Positions 9,383 through 20,482 of a DNA stretch of 64,000 nucleotides are shown piece by piece. The stretch lies in the NCBI GenBank assembly GCA_001662655.1, contig KV460264.1, one strand, 5' to 3'. The notes beneath the pieces are model-generated. The model saw only the letters and a list, made by a program, of their open reading frames with translations, searched no databases and was not told where the DNA came from. Source of the DNA: Pseudogymnoascus verrucosus. Its lineage: Eukaryota. Position 1 is the stretch's first letter. The number at the start of each line of letters is the position of its first letter. A program made the translations under genes and the position numbers.

Positions 9383-11840
9383 CTAAGCCAACACAGCCTC
9401 GTCAACAGTGACCTCCTTCTCCTTAGGGGCTAACGTAGCCTCATCAACAGTGACCTCCTCCTCCTTAGGGGCCAACGCAGCCTCATCAACATTGACCTCG
9501 GTCTTCTTAAGGGCCAACATAGCCTCGTCAACAGTAACCTCCCTCTCCTTAAGGGCCCCCTCAACAATCTCCTCTACTTTCCCAACCTCACCTGCCTTAA
9601 TCCCATACGCCTTGAGGCTGATCTCCCCACCCTCTGCCCTCAGCGGCAACACCGTCCCCTCTCTAACATACAACGGCACCGAATCCAAGCGATGCACCTC
9701 CTTAATCCACCTCGGCCCCTCCTTAACCTCCCCACTAATAAACGAAGTCCACCTTCCCTCAGGCAGGTAAAATTCAACACTCCCATCCTCCTCAAACACC
9801 GGCGCTACAATCAACGACGAGCCAAGCATGAACTGCCTATCCAAGCTCCATGACGTCGGGTCGTTGGGGAATTCAATGCACATAGCGCGCAGACTGAGTG
9901 GCAAGCCATCACGAACACTCTTCGCCGCCTCGGCCTGGATATACGCGCCGAGCTTAGCCTTGATCTGCACGAACGTGCGCAGCACGGCCGTGGCACCCTC
10001 GTCGCTCTGGTCGTCGTTGTCGATCGCCCATGGCACGCGCACGGAGTCGGAGCCGTGGAGTCGACTGTGGCTGCACAGCAGTCCGAAGGCGACCCAGCGC
10101 TTGTAAAGCCAGGGCGGGGGGTTGCCCTCGAAGCCGCCAATGTCGACACTCCAGAAGGCGAAGCCGCTCAGTCCGAAACCAAGACCGCCGCGGAGGGACT
10201 CAGCCATCGCTTCGGGGGTGGACTCGCAGTCGCCGCCCCACTGGAGGGGGAAGCGCTGGGATCCGGCAGCGGCGGCGCGGGCGAAGAGGACGGCCTCGCC
10301 CTTGCCGAAGCGCTCGGTCATGGCGGCGTAGACGGTCTCGTTGTAGAGGACGGAGTAGTAGTTGTGCATGCGTCCCGGGTCTGAGCCGTCGTGCCAGACG
10401 ACGTCTTCGGCGGGGATGCGCTCGCCGAAGTCGGTTTTGATGGAGTCGATGCCGATGTCGAGGAGGGAGGTGATCATGCCCTGGAACCAGGTTCGGGCGG
10501 CGGGGTTGGTGAAGTCGACAATGGCCATGCCGGCTTGCCAGAGGTCCCATTGGAAGACGTCGCCGTTCTTGCGCTTGAGGAGGTAGCCGTTTGCGGCGGC
10601 TTCGGCGAAGAGGGGGGAGGCTTGTCCGAGGTAAGGGTTCGTCCAGACACTGACTTTCTTGCAGAGTCCGCTGTCCTTCATGCGCTTGATCTGGCCGGCT
10701 GGGTCGGGGAACTTCTCCTTGTCGAAGGCGAAGTCGCACCATTGGAAGGCCTTGAGCCAGAAGCAGTCAAAGTGGAACACGTCGACGGGAATGGCTGCCT
10801 TCTTCATGCCCTCCAGGAATGCCGTAACCGTCTTCTCATCGTAGTCCGTCGTGAAGCTCGTGCTGAGCCACAGGCCATAACTCCACTCTGGCACCGAGCT
10901 CGCCTGGCCGGTCAACTTTGCGTACCGTCTTAGCACGTCCTTTGGTGTCGGCCCATCAATAATGAACCACTTTAGGCGCTGCCCCTCTACACTCGTCTGC
11001 AGGCGACAGCATCGCTCGCTTCCGATCTCTAGCTCGACCTTCTCTGGCGTGTCGATAAAGACTCCGTACCCCCTCGAGCTCATCCAGAAGCTGACATTCT
11101 TGTAAGCCTGGTCACTCGAGGTGCCACCGTCCGCATTCCACAACTGAACCGCCTGCCCGACCTTGTTAAATGGTCCGAAGCGCTCACCAAGCCCGTGCAC
11201 GGATTCTCCGACTCCCAGCGTCGTCTGCGTGAATACATGGTGCTGGATGTTGCGCATATCGCCCGTCTGCTGCATATTACTAATGGGTGGGTTGTAAGCG
11301 AGGCCTACGCTGCGCTCGCGCAGATCTGTGAGAACGCGGCCATTGGCACCCTTGAAGTCGATGCGGAATGGCTGCGAGGCACCAGCGACGGTGGCGGTGA
11401 GGGCGCCGGCGCTGAGGATAGTGCGTTCCGAGGCAGTCGTGATAGTGGCCTCGACTTCTGGGGCGCTGTCGGGGAAGAGCTCAAAGTTAGGGCCCTTGCG
11501 AACGGCGCCGGCCCAGTGAGTAGACTCGACTGAGATGATACCATCCGAGACAGCTTCAATGTCCTGGGCATGTTAGGCTGGGGAGGGTGTTAGGCGCAAA
11601 GGATGGGGCTTACGATTGTGAGGGTGCTGCGGTTCAGGACATCGCCGCGGTTGGAGATTCTCCTCGTGGGGCAGAGGAGGGAGAGTGCCTTCTTGTCCGC
11701 GCGCTCGGTGATGGAGTACACTTGCTCGGCGTACTCAATCGTCGTCCCCTCGGCCACAAGCCACATGCCTGTTCTCGCGCATTAGAAGGTGCTCTTGGTT
11801 GCAATCGCAAAGGGGAGCTCTTACCATCGCGGAACTTCAT
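9383..11840 (-). CDS. GH31 alpha-xylosidase/alpha-glucosidase, YicI-type, probably intracellular
   Basis: N-terminus MKFRDG|MWLVAEG, GLGERF, WLSTSF, FHFDCFW, nucleophile motif KTDFGERIP, acid/base WGGD, HSRLHG. Two short 5' introns (about 11770-11824 and 11564-11612). No signal peptide. Confidence 0.93.
9387..9575 (-). repeat. 42-bp (14-aa) tandem repeat x4.5 forming the GH31 C-terminus
   Basis: KEREVTVDEAMLAL / KKTEVNVDEAALAP / KEEEVTVDEATLAP / KEKEVTVDEAVLA. Confidence 0.9.
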
Positions 11841-12587
11841 CGTGCTGTGTTTATTAAAAGTACCTTGCGGACTTAAACTATGGCAAGTGTCCCTCACAGG
11901 GACACACGCTCTTATATCAAAGCAAGAGCTCCCCAACAGAGATCAGCCGGGAATATAAGTTATCCACTAACATTCTCACTCACACTCCCCACCGGCCCCG
12001 CCATCCCCGCCATACCCGTAGCAATTCCCCTCTTGCCTTCTGCCGTATAGACCTATGACCACGTTACAGCACAATTATTTGCACATATTGCCGTCAATCG
12101 CCGAATAATCGCTGTATGATGGCCGTAAAAGGCTCCGTGACCCAAATATCGGACGAAGTAAGTTCCTCCTATCGGAACCTGCCCCTCCGGAGTGACGAAG
12201 CACGGCGAAAAATAATTCCGTGCCTGAATACCGAAAGTAGGACATACAGCCGCGGACTTGCGGGGTTGGAGTTAAAGAATTAAGAACATCGTTCTCGGGT
12301 TGGAACAATTGTTGTTCTATGCATATAGTATATGCATATTTGTGATAAACTAAACGCAGTACTGATTGCATATACCTGTAGTGAGGATTGAACCATTTTT
12401 TTGATTATTTCTATGATAAATACCAGCCAACCAACCATCCACCAGCCATTTCCCATCATGCACTAGTTTACTTTATGCAATACTGTACAGGTATCTACTC
12501 CAATCCCCCACCCCCACCCCCGCTCCGGCTCCGAAACCCCCACATAACGAATTATCCCCAATTATTCTCAAGATTACTGTTTACTCT

Positions 12588-13599
12588 TTACTTCGTGGGA
12601 ATCTTCTTAGAGCTGCTCTGGACCTTCCTCGCCGATGGGCGGTTGATGTGGTGGTTTGGGATCCAGCTCTCATCGTATGCCTGCTGTGCCAGATCCTTGG
12701 TGGTGACAGCTGGTCCATCAGCACCAATTACGCTCAGCTGCTCATCGGTTGGAACGGCCTTCTTGGTACCAGCCAGCGAGCGACGTGCGCGCTCGCCTCC
12801 CTTGCCTCCGCGCTTAGTCTGGGGGAAGAGAGTCTCGATCCAGGTCTTGTAGACGAAGTAGAGCGTACCGGCAGTAGCGGCGGCAAGCACAAGGTAGAGG
12901 AAGACGCTAGAGGACCAGTTAGCATTGGTTCGTTCAATTGTCACATATTTCTGGAAAAGGGGTTATGCATACATTTGGGGGTCAAGGAAGCTAGTCGGCG
13001 CCTCAACAACGCTGACAGTGTCATGGAACGCTGGTACTTGACGAACGTTGCCCTTGTTATCGGTGAAAATGGCCATCAAAGACAGCTGCAAGTCCGCCGG
13101 CTGCAGGTCCGTCGTGAAAGTATATGGTAAGCTCTCCTTGGCTCCTGCCGGGACCTCCACCGTGTACTTCGTAGTCGTCAAGTTCTTCACAATCAAGGAT
13201 GAGGCATGTGCGCCAGCCTTGAGGTCGGTCTCAGGGCGTGAAAGCATGCCACCAACCATGACCAGCGTGATGGGCGCACCCTCATTGTTGGTGATATCGA
13301 GGAGGGCGTGGGTGCCTTGGCCATTGATAATCTTGGGGCCAAAGATCTCCGCACTGGGGAAGGAAGCAGTTACGGAGACGTCGAAAGGCGGTGCATCCTC
13401 AGCTGGGGTAACACCTTCTTTAGCGGCATCCTCAGGGGACTGGAATGGGTTAGAGAGTTCAATGAATATCATAGAGAGCAACGGAGGCTCCAAGCACGTG
13501 GATGGATTCGAGGCGGGATTTACTTACGGCATTGGCAGCTACGGCACCAATGGTGCGTAGAGCCAGCAGGGCAAGAACAGAAAATCGGTAGGAAACCAT
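12588..13599 (-). CDS. IRC22: Translocon-associated protein alpha / signal sequence receptor alpha (Irc22-like)
   Basis: Signal peptide MVSYRFSVLALLAL, lumenal beta-rich domain ending SVVEAPTSFLDPQ, single TM helix, cytosolic YDESWIPxHH motif. Introns 13440-13527 and 12907-12972. Confidence 0.85.
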
Positions 13600-14240
13600 G
13601 ACGGCGATGTTGCGAGAGATGGGCGAGGCGACGTAGAGTTGGAGATGATGAGCTTGATACTGTCGTGATGCAATGTGTCGACAACGCGCTCGTAAGCGAA
13701 CGGAGCTCTTTCCACGCTGACTAATAAATAAGTTGGAGCTTTCCCCACACTTGACACCCTCACACGTGGTAAATATTGGGGTCAAATCACGTGCTCACCT
13801 CCTTTAACAAGGTTATTTATTGTTATAATCTTGGAAAGCTCTAGTAAAAAGTCTAAACTATTTATAATCCTATTCCTGGACTAAGAACTCAAACTAGACC
13901 CATAGGTACTCTAGATCAAACACCGTTCAGGCCTATGTCAGACATATAACACAGATCTTATCTAGACAACGTGGTTGTCTCAGTCCATGAACACCATCAG
14001 CCATCAGACCAGACTATCCACCCAGATCAGCTAGTGAGCCATTGATCTCCAATATCCCAGGTCACATCCAGAGTTACTGTGTGTGTGAGAAGAGAAAGGT
14101 GGCGTGAAGGTGATCTTCCGGCATTAGAGTAACTGCGGTGGGATGGATAGAGCTAGCAGTTCAAGGCTACCTTGTGGCCCCCACGTGTTGAGATAGTTGA
14201 CCCCTTTCCAAATACATTCTTCTTCGCTGTCCTTCTGGCC

Positions 14241-15687
14241 ATGGCATCTATTTTAAAATGGGCCAAAAGATCCATTCAAAGGGCCCCGTCCCCGCCAATG
14301 CGCTTTTCAAACACCGGTTTCAAAACCATCAATGCATCAGAGGTGCTCGAGGAGGAACAATTTGCGGATTTCAATATGGGGCAATACTACCCCGTCAACA
14401 TTGGCGAAACCTTCAATTCCAAGTACCAAGTCGTTGGGAAACTAGGGTTCGGAGTCATATCCACTGTGTGGCTCGCTCGAGATCTCAAGTAAGGCCATCC
14501 TTTGAAGTCATGAACGAGCTAACGGAATCGGAGAGCATCAACATGTGTCCCTGAAGGTGTATACACGCCAAGAAGCGAATTGGGGGGAGTTTGAGGTTTA
14601 CAAACGTCTAAACCAGGGAAATTCATCACATCCAGGCTATGGCCATGTGAGAAAAGCGTTGGGGATATTTACCATCCCCCGTGCCGGAGGGGACCATTAC
14701 TGTCTAGTCCAAAAGCCGACAAGGGAGAGCTTCAGGGATCTCCTGTATCGTAACCCGATTCTTCGATTTACTGAAGAACTTCTCAAAGCAGGCCTGAAGC
14801 AGGTTTTTCTCGTGCTCGATTATTTGCATACAGAGTGCCAGCTTGTTCACACAGGTGGGGTTCCTTTTTGCTTTCAGGTATTGAACTTGCTAACAAACCT
14901 AATAGACATCAAAGGAGACAACATCCTCCAGGAGTTTGAAGACATATCGATCCTTGACGCGTTTACTAAACCGAAATGGACAACCCTTCTCCACGGAAAT
15001 TTATCAGCGACGCACCGGTGTATGCTTCTTGACGGTTCGAACTGCCGAGGAAATTTGGGAATGCCGTCCTGAGTGACTTCGGTTCTGCAGTGCGCGGGGA
15101 TGAGAAGAGAAATCATGACGCACAACCTAATGTATACAGGTCGCCAGAGGTGATGTTAAAGACTGAATGGAGCTATCCAGTCGATATATGGAATGTTGGC
15201 GTTATGGCATGTCGCCTATTCTCTCCCCCATAGCACTCCCTCAAATTACTACCAAGGCTCATCAGATCTGGGATCTTTTCGAGGGTAGACACATGTTTTA
15301 CGGGAACGACCCAGTTGGGAAGGGATATTCAACACGCGCGCATCTTGCGGAGGTGATTGGGATGTTAGGCCCGCCGCCCATGGATCTCCTCGGGCGCGGG
15401 ATACGTAGCCACGAGTTTTTTGCGGAGGATGGTACGCATGATGCTCTATCCTTTTAACGCCTGCCATTGGAAGCAAGCTTCTAACGATCTTATTTGTAGG
15501 GGCATGGAAAGCCGAGGTGGACGTACCACAAGATACGAGCTTGGAGAGGTCTGACGAGTTTCTGGAGGGAAAGAATAAAGAGATTGTTTTGGTTTTTATG
15601 AGAGGGATGCTGCAGTGGCGACTAGAGGATCGGAAAACAGCAAAGGAACTGCTGGAGGATCCATTGCTGAATGACCAAATAGATTGA
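14241..15687 (+). pseudogene. SRPK-like (CMGC) protein kinase pseudogene
   Basis: Motifs YYPVNIG, KLGFG..STVWLARD, HTDIKGDN, LSDFGSA, YRSPEV, VDIWNVG. One-base frameshift at about 14971, in-frame TGA at 15030-15032, and intron-1 acceptor reads CGG instead of CAG. Confidence 0.85.
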
Positions 15688-15788
15688 TGTTTGGTATTGT
15701 ATATATTACTAGTATACTGAAATTAATCAGGATGCCTACAAACCAACTGTAGTTAAACAAGACATACCAGCCAATTCATTCCCTCATA

Positions 15789-16841
15789 TCAGCTTGCCAA
15801 AAACTTCCTCACAGTCTCGATACCCAACTCAACTCTCCCATTCCTTCTCTTATTCTCAAACAACTCATGCCCCACACCCCCAATCTCCTCCCATTCCATC
15901 CCCTCTTCAAACCCCCCCTCCCTCACCGCATCAACCAACCCCCGCATCGCAAACCCCATATACCCCGGACTCCCCCCACCTCCAACAAACAAAACCTTCC
16001 TCCCCTCAGCAACTCTCTCAAACACCCTCGCATCATCCACCATCGCCTGTACAAGCGCAAAATCATACCTCAACACCGGCGCCAACATCTCCATCGTCAC
16101 GACCCCCTCATCCTCCTCCCCCGCTCCCTTTCGCCTGCCTTGCTCCCTCGCCTCGGCGGACATGATCAGTCCCGTCAGGAAACGGATGATAAAATCTGGG
16201 CATTTACGCAGCCACCCCGGACCAAGCTGCACGATCCGCATTGCCGTTACGAGCGCGGAAGTTGTATCCCCAGTTCCGATCTCAGCTTCGTAGCGGCGGA
16301 TGCTGGGGAGGTCGGGGAGGATGTCTCGCGTGGCTAGTGGGGAGGATAGGATGAGTGGCGGGTCGAAGATGATAGCTTTTTGGATAGTGGGGTTTGGGAC
16401 TTCGGTGGGACGGTGTGTGCATGCGGCGAGGACGAGGAGGGCGCCGCTGCTAATGCCAAAGAGAGATGTTGCGCTTGTGTGTCGCACTAGGGCGAACAGG
16501 TCTGTAAGGTCTGTTTTGAGGACGTTGAGGCAGAATTGGGGATCGTATGGGAGGTCTATGGGGTTGTCGTCGGTGGGTCCTGGGGTGCGCAGGAGGGGGG
16601 TTTTAGGTTCTGTCACGGAGGAGGGGTATGGTCCTGAGAGACCACGACTGCGGCGGGAAAATAGATGGACTGTGTAGGATGAGGAGAGTGATAATGCTAA
16701 TTCATATTGGCTAAGGGCGGAGGACATGGCGCCTGGGATTATGATAATGCCAGCACCAGAGCCGACAGTGTAGTAGCTGAGTTCCACGCCATCGTCTGCT
16801 CGAAGCACTTGTGGATTTGGGGGTTTTGGTAGAGTGGCCAT
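15789..16841 (-). CDS. Alpha/beta-fold hydrolase, intronless
   Basis: DGVELSYYTVGSG, IIPGAM, SRRSRGLSG, nucleophile elbow G-I-S-S-G, C-terminal GVGH catalytic His. Confidence 0.85.
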   Translation of the reverse strand: MATLPKPPNPQVLRADDGVELSYYTVGSGAGIIIIPGAMSSALSQYELALSLSSSYTVHLFSRRSRGLSGPYPSSVTEPKTPLLRTPGPTDDNPIDLPYDPQFCLNVLKTDLTDLFALVRHTSATSLFGISSGALLVLAACTHRPTEVPNPTIQKAIIFDPPLILSSPLATRDILPDLPSIRRYEAEIGTGDTTSALVTAMRIVQLGPGWLRKCPDFIIRFLTGLIMSAEAREQGRRKGAGEEDEGVVTMEMLAPVLRYDFALVQAMVDDARVFERVAEGRKVLFVGGGGSPGYMGFAMRGLVDAVREGGFEEGMEWEEIGGVGHELFENKRRNGRVELGIETVRKFLAS

Positions 16842-17311
16842 CTTGTCTGAGATAATGAATCTATGGACTTGACACAACAAGCTGGCTAGTAGGTTAGATA
16901 TATGAATGTTGCGTTGGTTACCACAGCCAGCTTACGCGTTCACGGTTGGCGATGTCACCTGGCCACGCGCAACCAACGATCCAAACCGCAAGCTCGTATT
17001 TTAGGAGTAGGAAATACACTCAGTTAGATAAATAAAGAAGTACATAGTCGTTGTATGCCTCGCATGATGCATCGTCTTCATTGCCAGGAGGTTATGCGTC
17101 GTCTTGGCGTCGTCTTGACGTCGTCGCTTTGTTGGTCGCTTTGTTGGGGATGCCACCCGAAGCAAACCACACCCCACAGCATTTCCGGACCGCATTACAG
17201 ACAAAGAGACAAAAATAAAGGCCAAATCTCTAGTATAGTAATATCGTACACCAGCATGCAAAAAATCCGTTTTGTACCGTCAAAAACAAAAACAAAAAAT
17301 TAATGATGCTT

Positions 17312-17406
17312 TGACCCCCGCCGGGATCGAACCGACAATCTTTTGATACCATATAGCGCCGAAGCGGAAATCGAAGTCAAACGCCTTGCCATTGGGCCAG
17401 GAGGCC
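17312..17406 (-). tRNA. tRNA-Arg(UCG) with 23-nt intron (17348-17370)
   Basis: GGCCTCC acceptor stem, TGGCCCAATGG A box, TTTGA/TCAAA anticodon stem with CT-TCG-A, GTTCGATCC B box, downstream T runs. Confidence 0.93.
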
Positions 17407-17660
17407 ATCATTTATAACATAGCGACGCCAATTCCACATTAAGAATCTCCTCTCTTCCTTGGCAATTAATCCAAAGCCCACAAAAAAATATCCTCCTCGC
17501 ACCCAGATAGCTGTGGATCGATTTGTGGATCACCGATGGTGGGGGGCGCAACATATTATTCGCGAAGCCTTGGTGGGGTTGACATTTAGGTGGGCAAAAA
17601 AAAATACAAAAAATTGCGAAAAAGATATGCTCCTCGGTGAAGAGGAGATGTTATGAATAG

Positions 17661-17732
17661 TGACCTACGCAGGGATCGAACCTGCAATCTCTTGATTCGT
17701 AGTCAAGCGCCTTGCCATTGGGCCAGCAGGCC
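17661..17732 (-). tRNA. tRNA-Arg(ACG), intronless
   Basis: GGCCTGCTGGCCCAATGGCAAGGCGCTTGACTACGAATCAAGAGATTGCAGGTTCGATCCCTGCGTAGGTCA folds as a 72-nt cloverleaf. Confidence 0.96.
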
Positions 17733-18141
17733 TATTTCATGTGTTGGGGATGGGTAATGATGTATTTGAGAGGGTGCGTCATGGTGTCATCGCTCGAAGT
17801 GGCGGTTGAGACTTGCACGTAATATCGTAGAACTTCCAGTTATAAAAGAAGAATCATTAGAAATGATACATAAATAAGTATAATAGACGATTTATTGATC
17901 CAAGATGGTATGTATCTTTTTGCTTAAATTGTTTGGGATATGAATAATGAATATTTATTTCTATAATTCAATTTTACGAATAAATAAATCGGTTTTATAT
18001 ATGGCTATAATGCAATTTAATATTCAACCCCAAAAATACATGCCGCCATATCTACGCTATCAACAATAAAACAAAGTTGATCTATGGAACCCTAAACTCC
18101 CAGTCATACGTATATCCATGCATTCTGCCACCCCCCGCCTC

Positions 18142-19554
18142 TCAAACCCCCACCTTCCCCTCCCCCTCCCCAATCCACGCCCTCTCCCCAAACTTCCACA
18201 CCTCATCCACCACCAACTGCACACCCCCCTCCCCACCAACCTCACTAAACACCACCAAATCCGCATCCGCCCCAACAACCAAGCTCCCCTTCACCCCCTC
18301 CATCCCCAACACCCTCGCCGGCGTCTCCGTCACCGTCTTCAGCGCCAGCGGCACACTGGCCCCTGTCCACAACAGGAAGTTGTTCACACACTCCACCAGC
18401 GAAATCGCGGAGCCGGCGAGCTTATCGCTGCCCTCGAGCGTCAGGCGCGGGCCAGTCTTGACGATGCGTTCGCGTCCCGAGGAGCCCCAGGTGTACATCC
18501 CATCCGGGAGACCGACGAGGTGCATAGCGTCCGTGACGAGGATGCATCCGTCTGGGTGGGCGCTCCATGCGATCTTGACCGTAGTCGGGTGCAAATGCAG
18601 ACCGTCGACGATCAGGCCAAAGAACGGGCGGAAGTCGGTGCTGGAGCTGGAGGAAGAGGAGGTGCTGGTTGGGCGGCTGGTTGGGGGCGTGGTGCGCGGG
18701 GCGGTCACTTCTGTGCAGCCGAGGACGCCGAAGACGCCTGGGTCGCGGTGGTGGAGGGGACGCATGGCATTGAAGAGATGGGTTATCATGGTAGCGCCCG
18801 AGGCGACGGCGGCGCTGGCTTGCTCGTAGGTGGCTTCTGAGTGGCCGATTGAGTAGACGATGCCGCGGGAGACGATTTCGGGTATGGCCTGCTGGACACC
18901 CTCTTCAGGGGCGGCCGTGATCATCTTAGCATTGTTGAGGTTGTCGCTGCCGTAGCAGGCGACGAGGTCTGAGAAGCCGTTCGGGGCGGAGATGAGGACT
19001 TCGGTGTTGTGAATACCGTTCTTAGTGGGGGAGAGGAAGGGGCCTTCGATGTGGGCGCCGAGAGACTCGGAGCCGTCGGTCGAGTCGCGCGCGCTGCCTG
19101 AGGGACCGAGATGGGGTAGTAACTGCTGCTATTAGTATCACATATGGATACAGGAGCTGTAAATTGTTCAAACCTTATGGTAGACCTCGCTCTTCTGGCT
19201 TGTCATCGTCGGCAAGTAGCTCGTCACGCCCGTCGATATTAATTGCCGATTCACCTCCTTCAACTTCTTAGGGAAGCTGCCTTCCTCCTCCGGCACGTCT
19301 GAGAAGTTAATTCCGAACGCGCCATTTAATTGGACATCAATCATGCCAGGAGAGAGGATGCGGTTGCCCAGGTCAACGACGACATCAGGAAGGCGCTGCT
19401 CGGTATAGAAGACATCTTGTCCATCAAGAATCTTCCCCGTGAGCGAGGAGACCCAGAGGTCTGCCCGAACGAGGGAGTTGTGGCGGAGGAGGCGGCAGTT
19501 GGTGAACCTGGTGATGATGTCCCGAGGACCCGTTGTATTGGTTGAGCTGGGCAT
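18142..19554 (-). CDS. dac1: N-acetylglucosamine-6-phosphate deacetylase
   Basis: PGMIDVQLNG, GVTSYLPT, HIEGPF, GHS, THLFNAM, LVTDAM, LAGS. One intron at about 19123-19173. Confidence 0.95.
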
Positions 19555-20482
19555 GTTGAACGAGGAAGGAATGAGCATCGGCCCAGCGGTAGGATGGAAA
19601 TGAGATGAGATGAAAGAGCAGACCTATCGCTGTCGTAATTGAAGCGATGAGAAGTATATTACCTACATCGTGAATAACAATAAAATAAAGAAATGGACCT
19701 GGCCTAGCTACGATACCATTGAAGTATCAGATAGTGGATGGTTAGACCCAGAGGTGACTTGATGGTTGCGATGAATAATTGGAGTAAGTAGATGTCCTGA
19801 TGACGTTGGAGTAACGGTGGGTGGTTCTGCACGGCAGAGGGCGGTGGTGGCCATGTAACGTTGCCCAGTACAGACCCGACCGACACCACCAAAATGTTTT
19901 TGGCGGGGTCCGAGACAAGATGCAACCAACAACATCCCCAAACTTGGCGAGTCCCCATTGACCCATACAGTATGTAACACCAACCTGATTGCCACCATAA
20001 CATTGTGAAAAAAAACGAAGAGATTTTCTATTTCGTAGGTTAGAAGAATCAGAGCACTAGACATAGAATAATAGGCATGCGTCCGTGTTCTGAAATATAT
20101 AATATGAATTTCAGGGTACAGTACAACATATATGACAATATGTGGGGTATCTCTCCAATCCTGACGATCATTGAGCCTCAACACAGAAATGGTAAAAGAC
20201 TGGCTCGCATAGTGCACAGCCAGCCCTAGAATCAGTGGCCTGCCTCCATATCCCTTCCTGGCATAGTTTGAACGCCCCTTCCACGTTTTGTCGAGCCGGA
20301 CCACCGGGACTTTCCCCTGCGACGTAGCGTTGTTGCAAGGTGAATATTACCGCAGCTATGGGAGCACCCTTACTCCCTGAAGCTAGGAATTAGACCAATT
20401 ATACTGCCCATTGGCTCAAGCCATGCAACTGTGTGATGCAAGCACTGAGCTCCCCTGAACGGGATACTAGGTCCGGACACTT

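Noticed and set aside
11276..11310. Apparent intron or start of GH31 at M11275
   Set aside because: The frame is open upstream (LTDLRERSVGLAYNPPISNMQQ); the real start is 11840.
13762..13795. Two CACGTG boxes upstream of IRC22 as UPR elements
   Set aside because: Plausible bHLH/bZIP sites but too short and common to assign to a specific factor from sequence alone.
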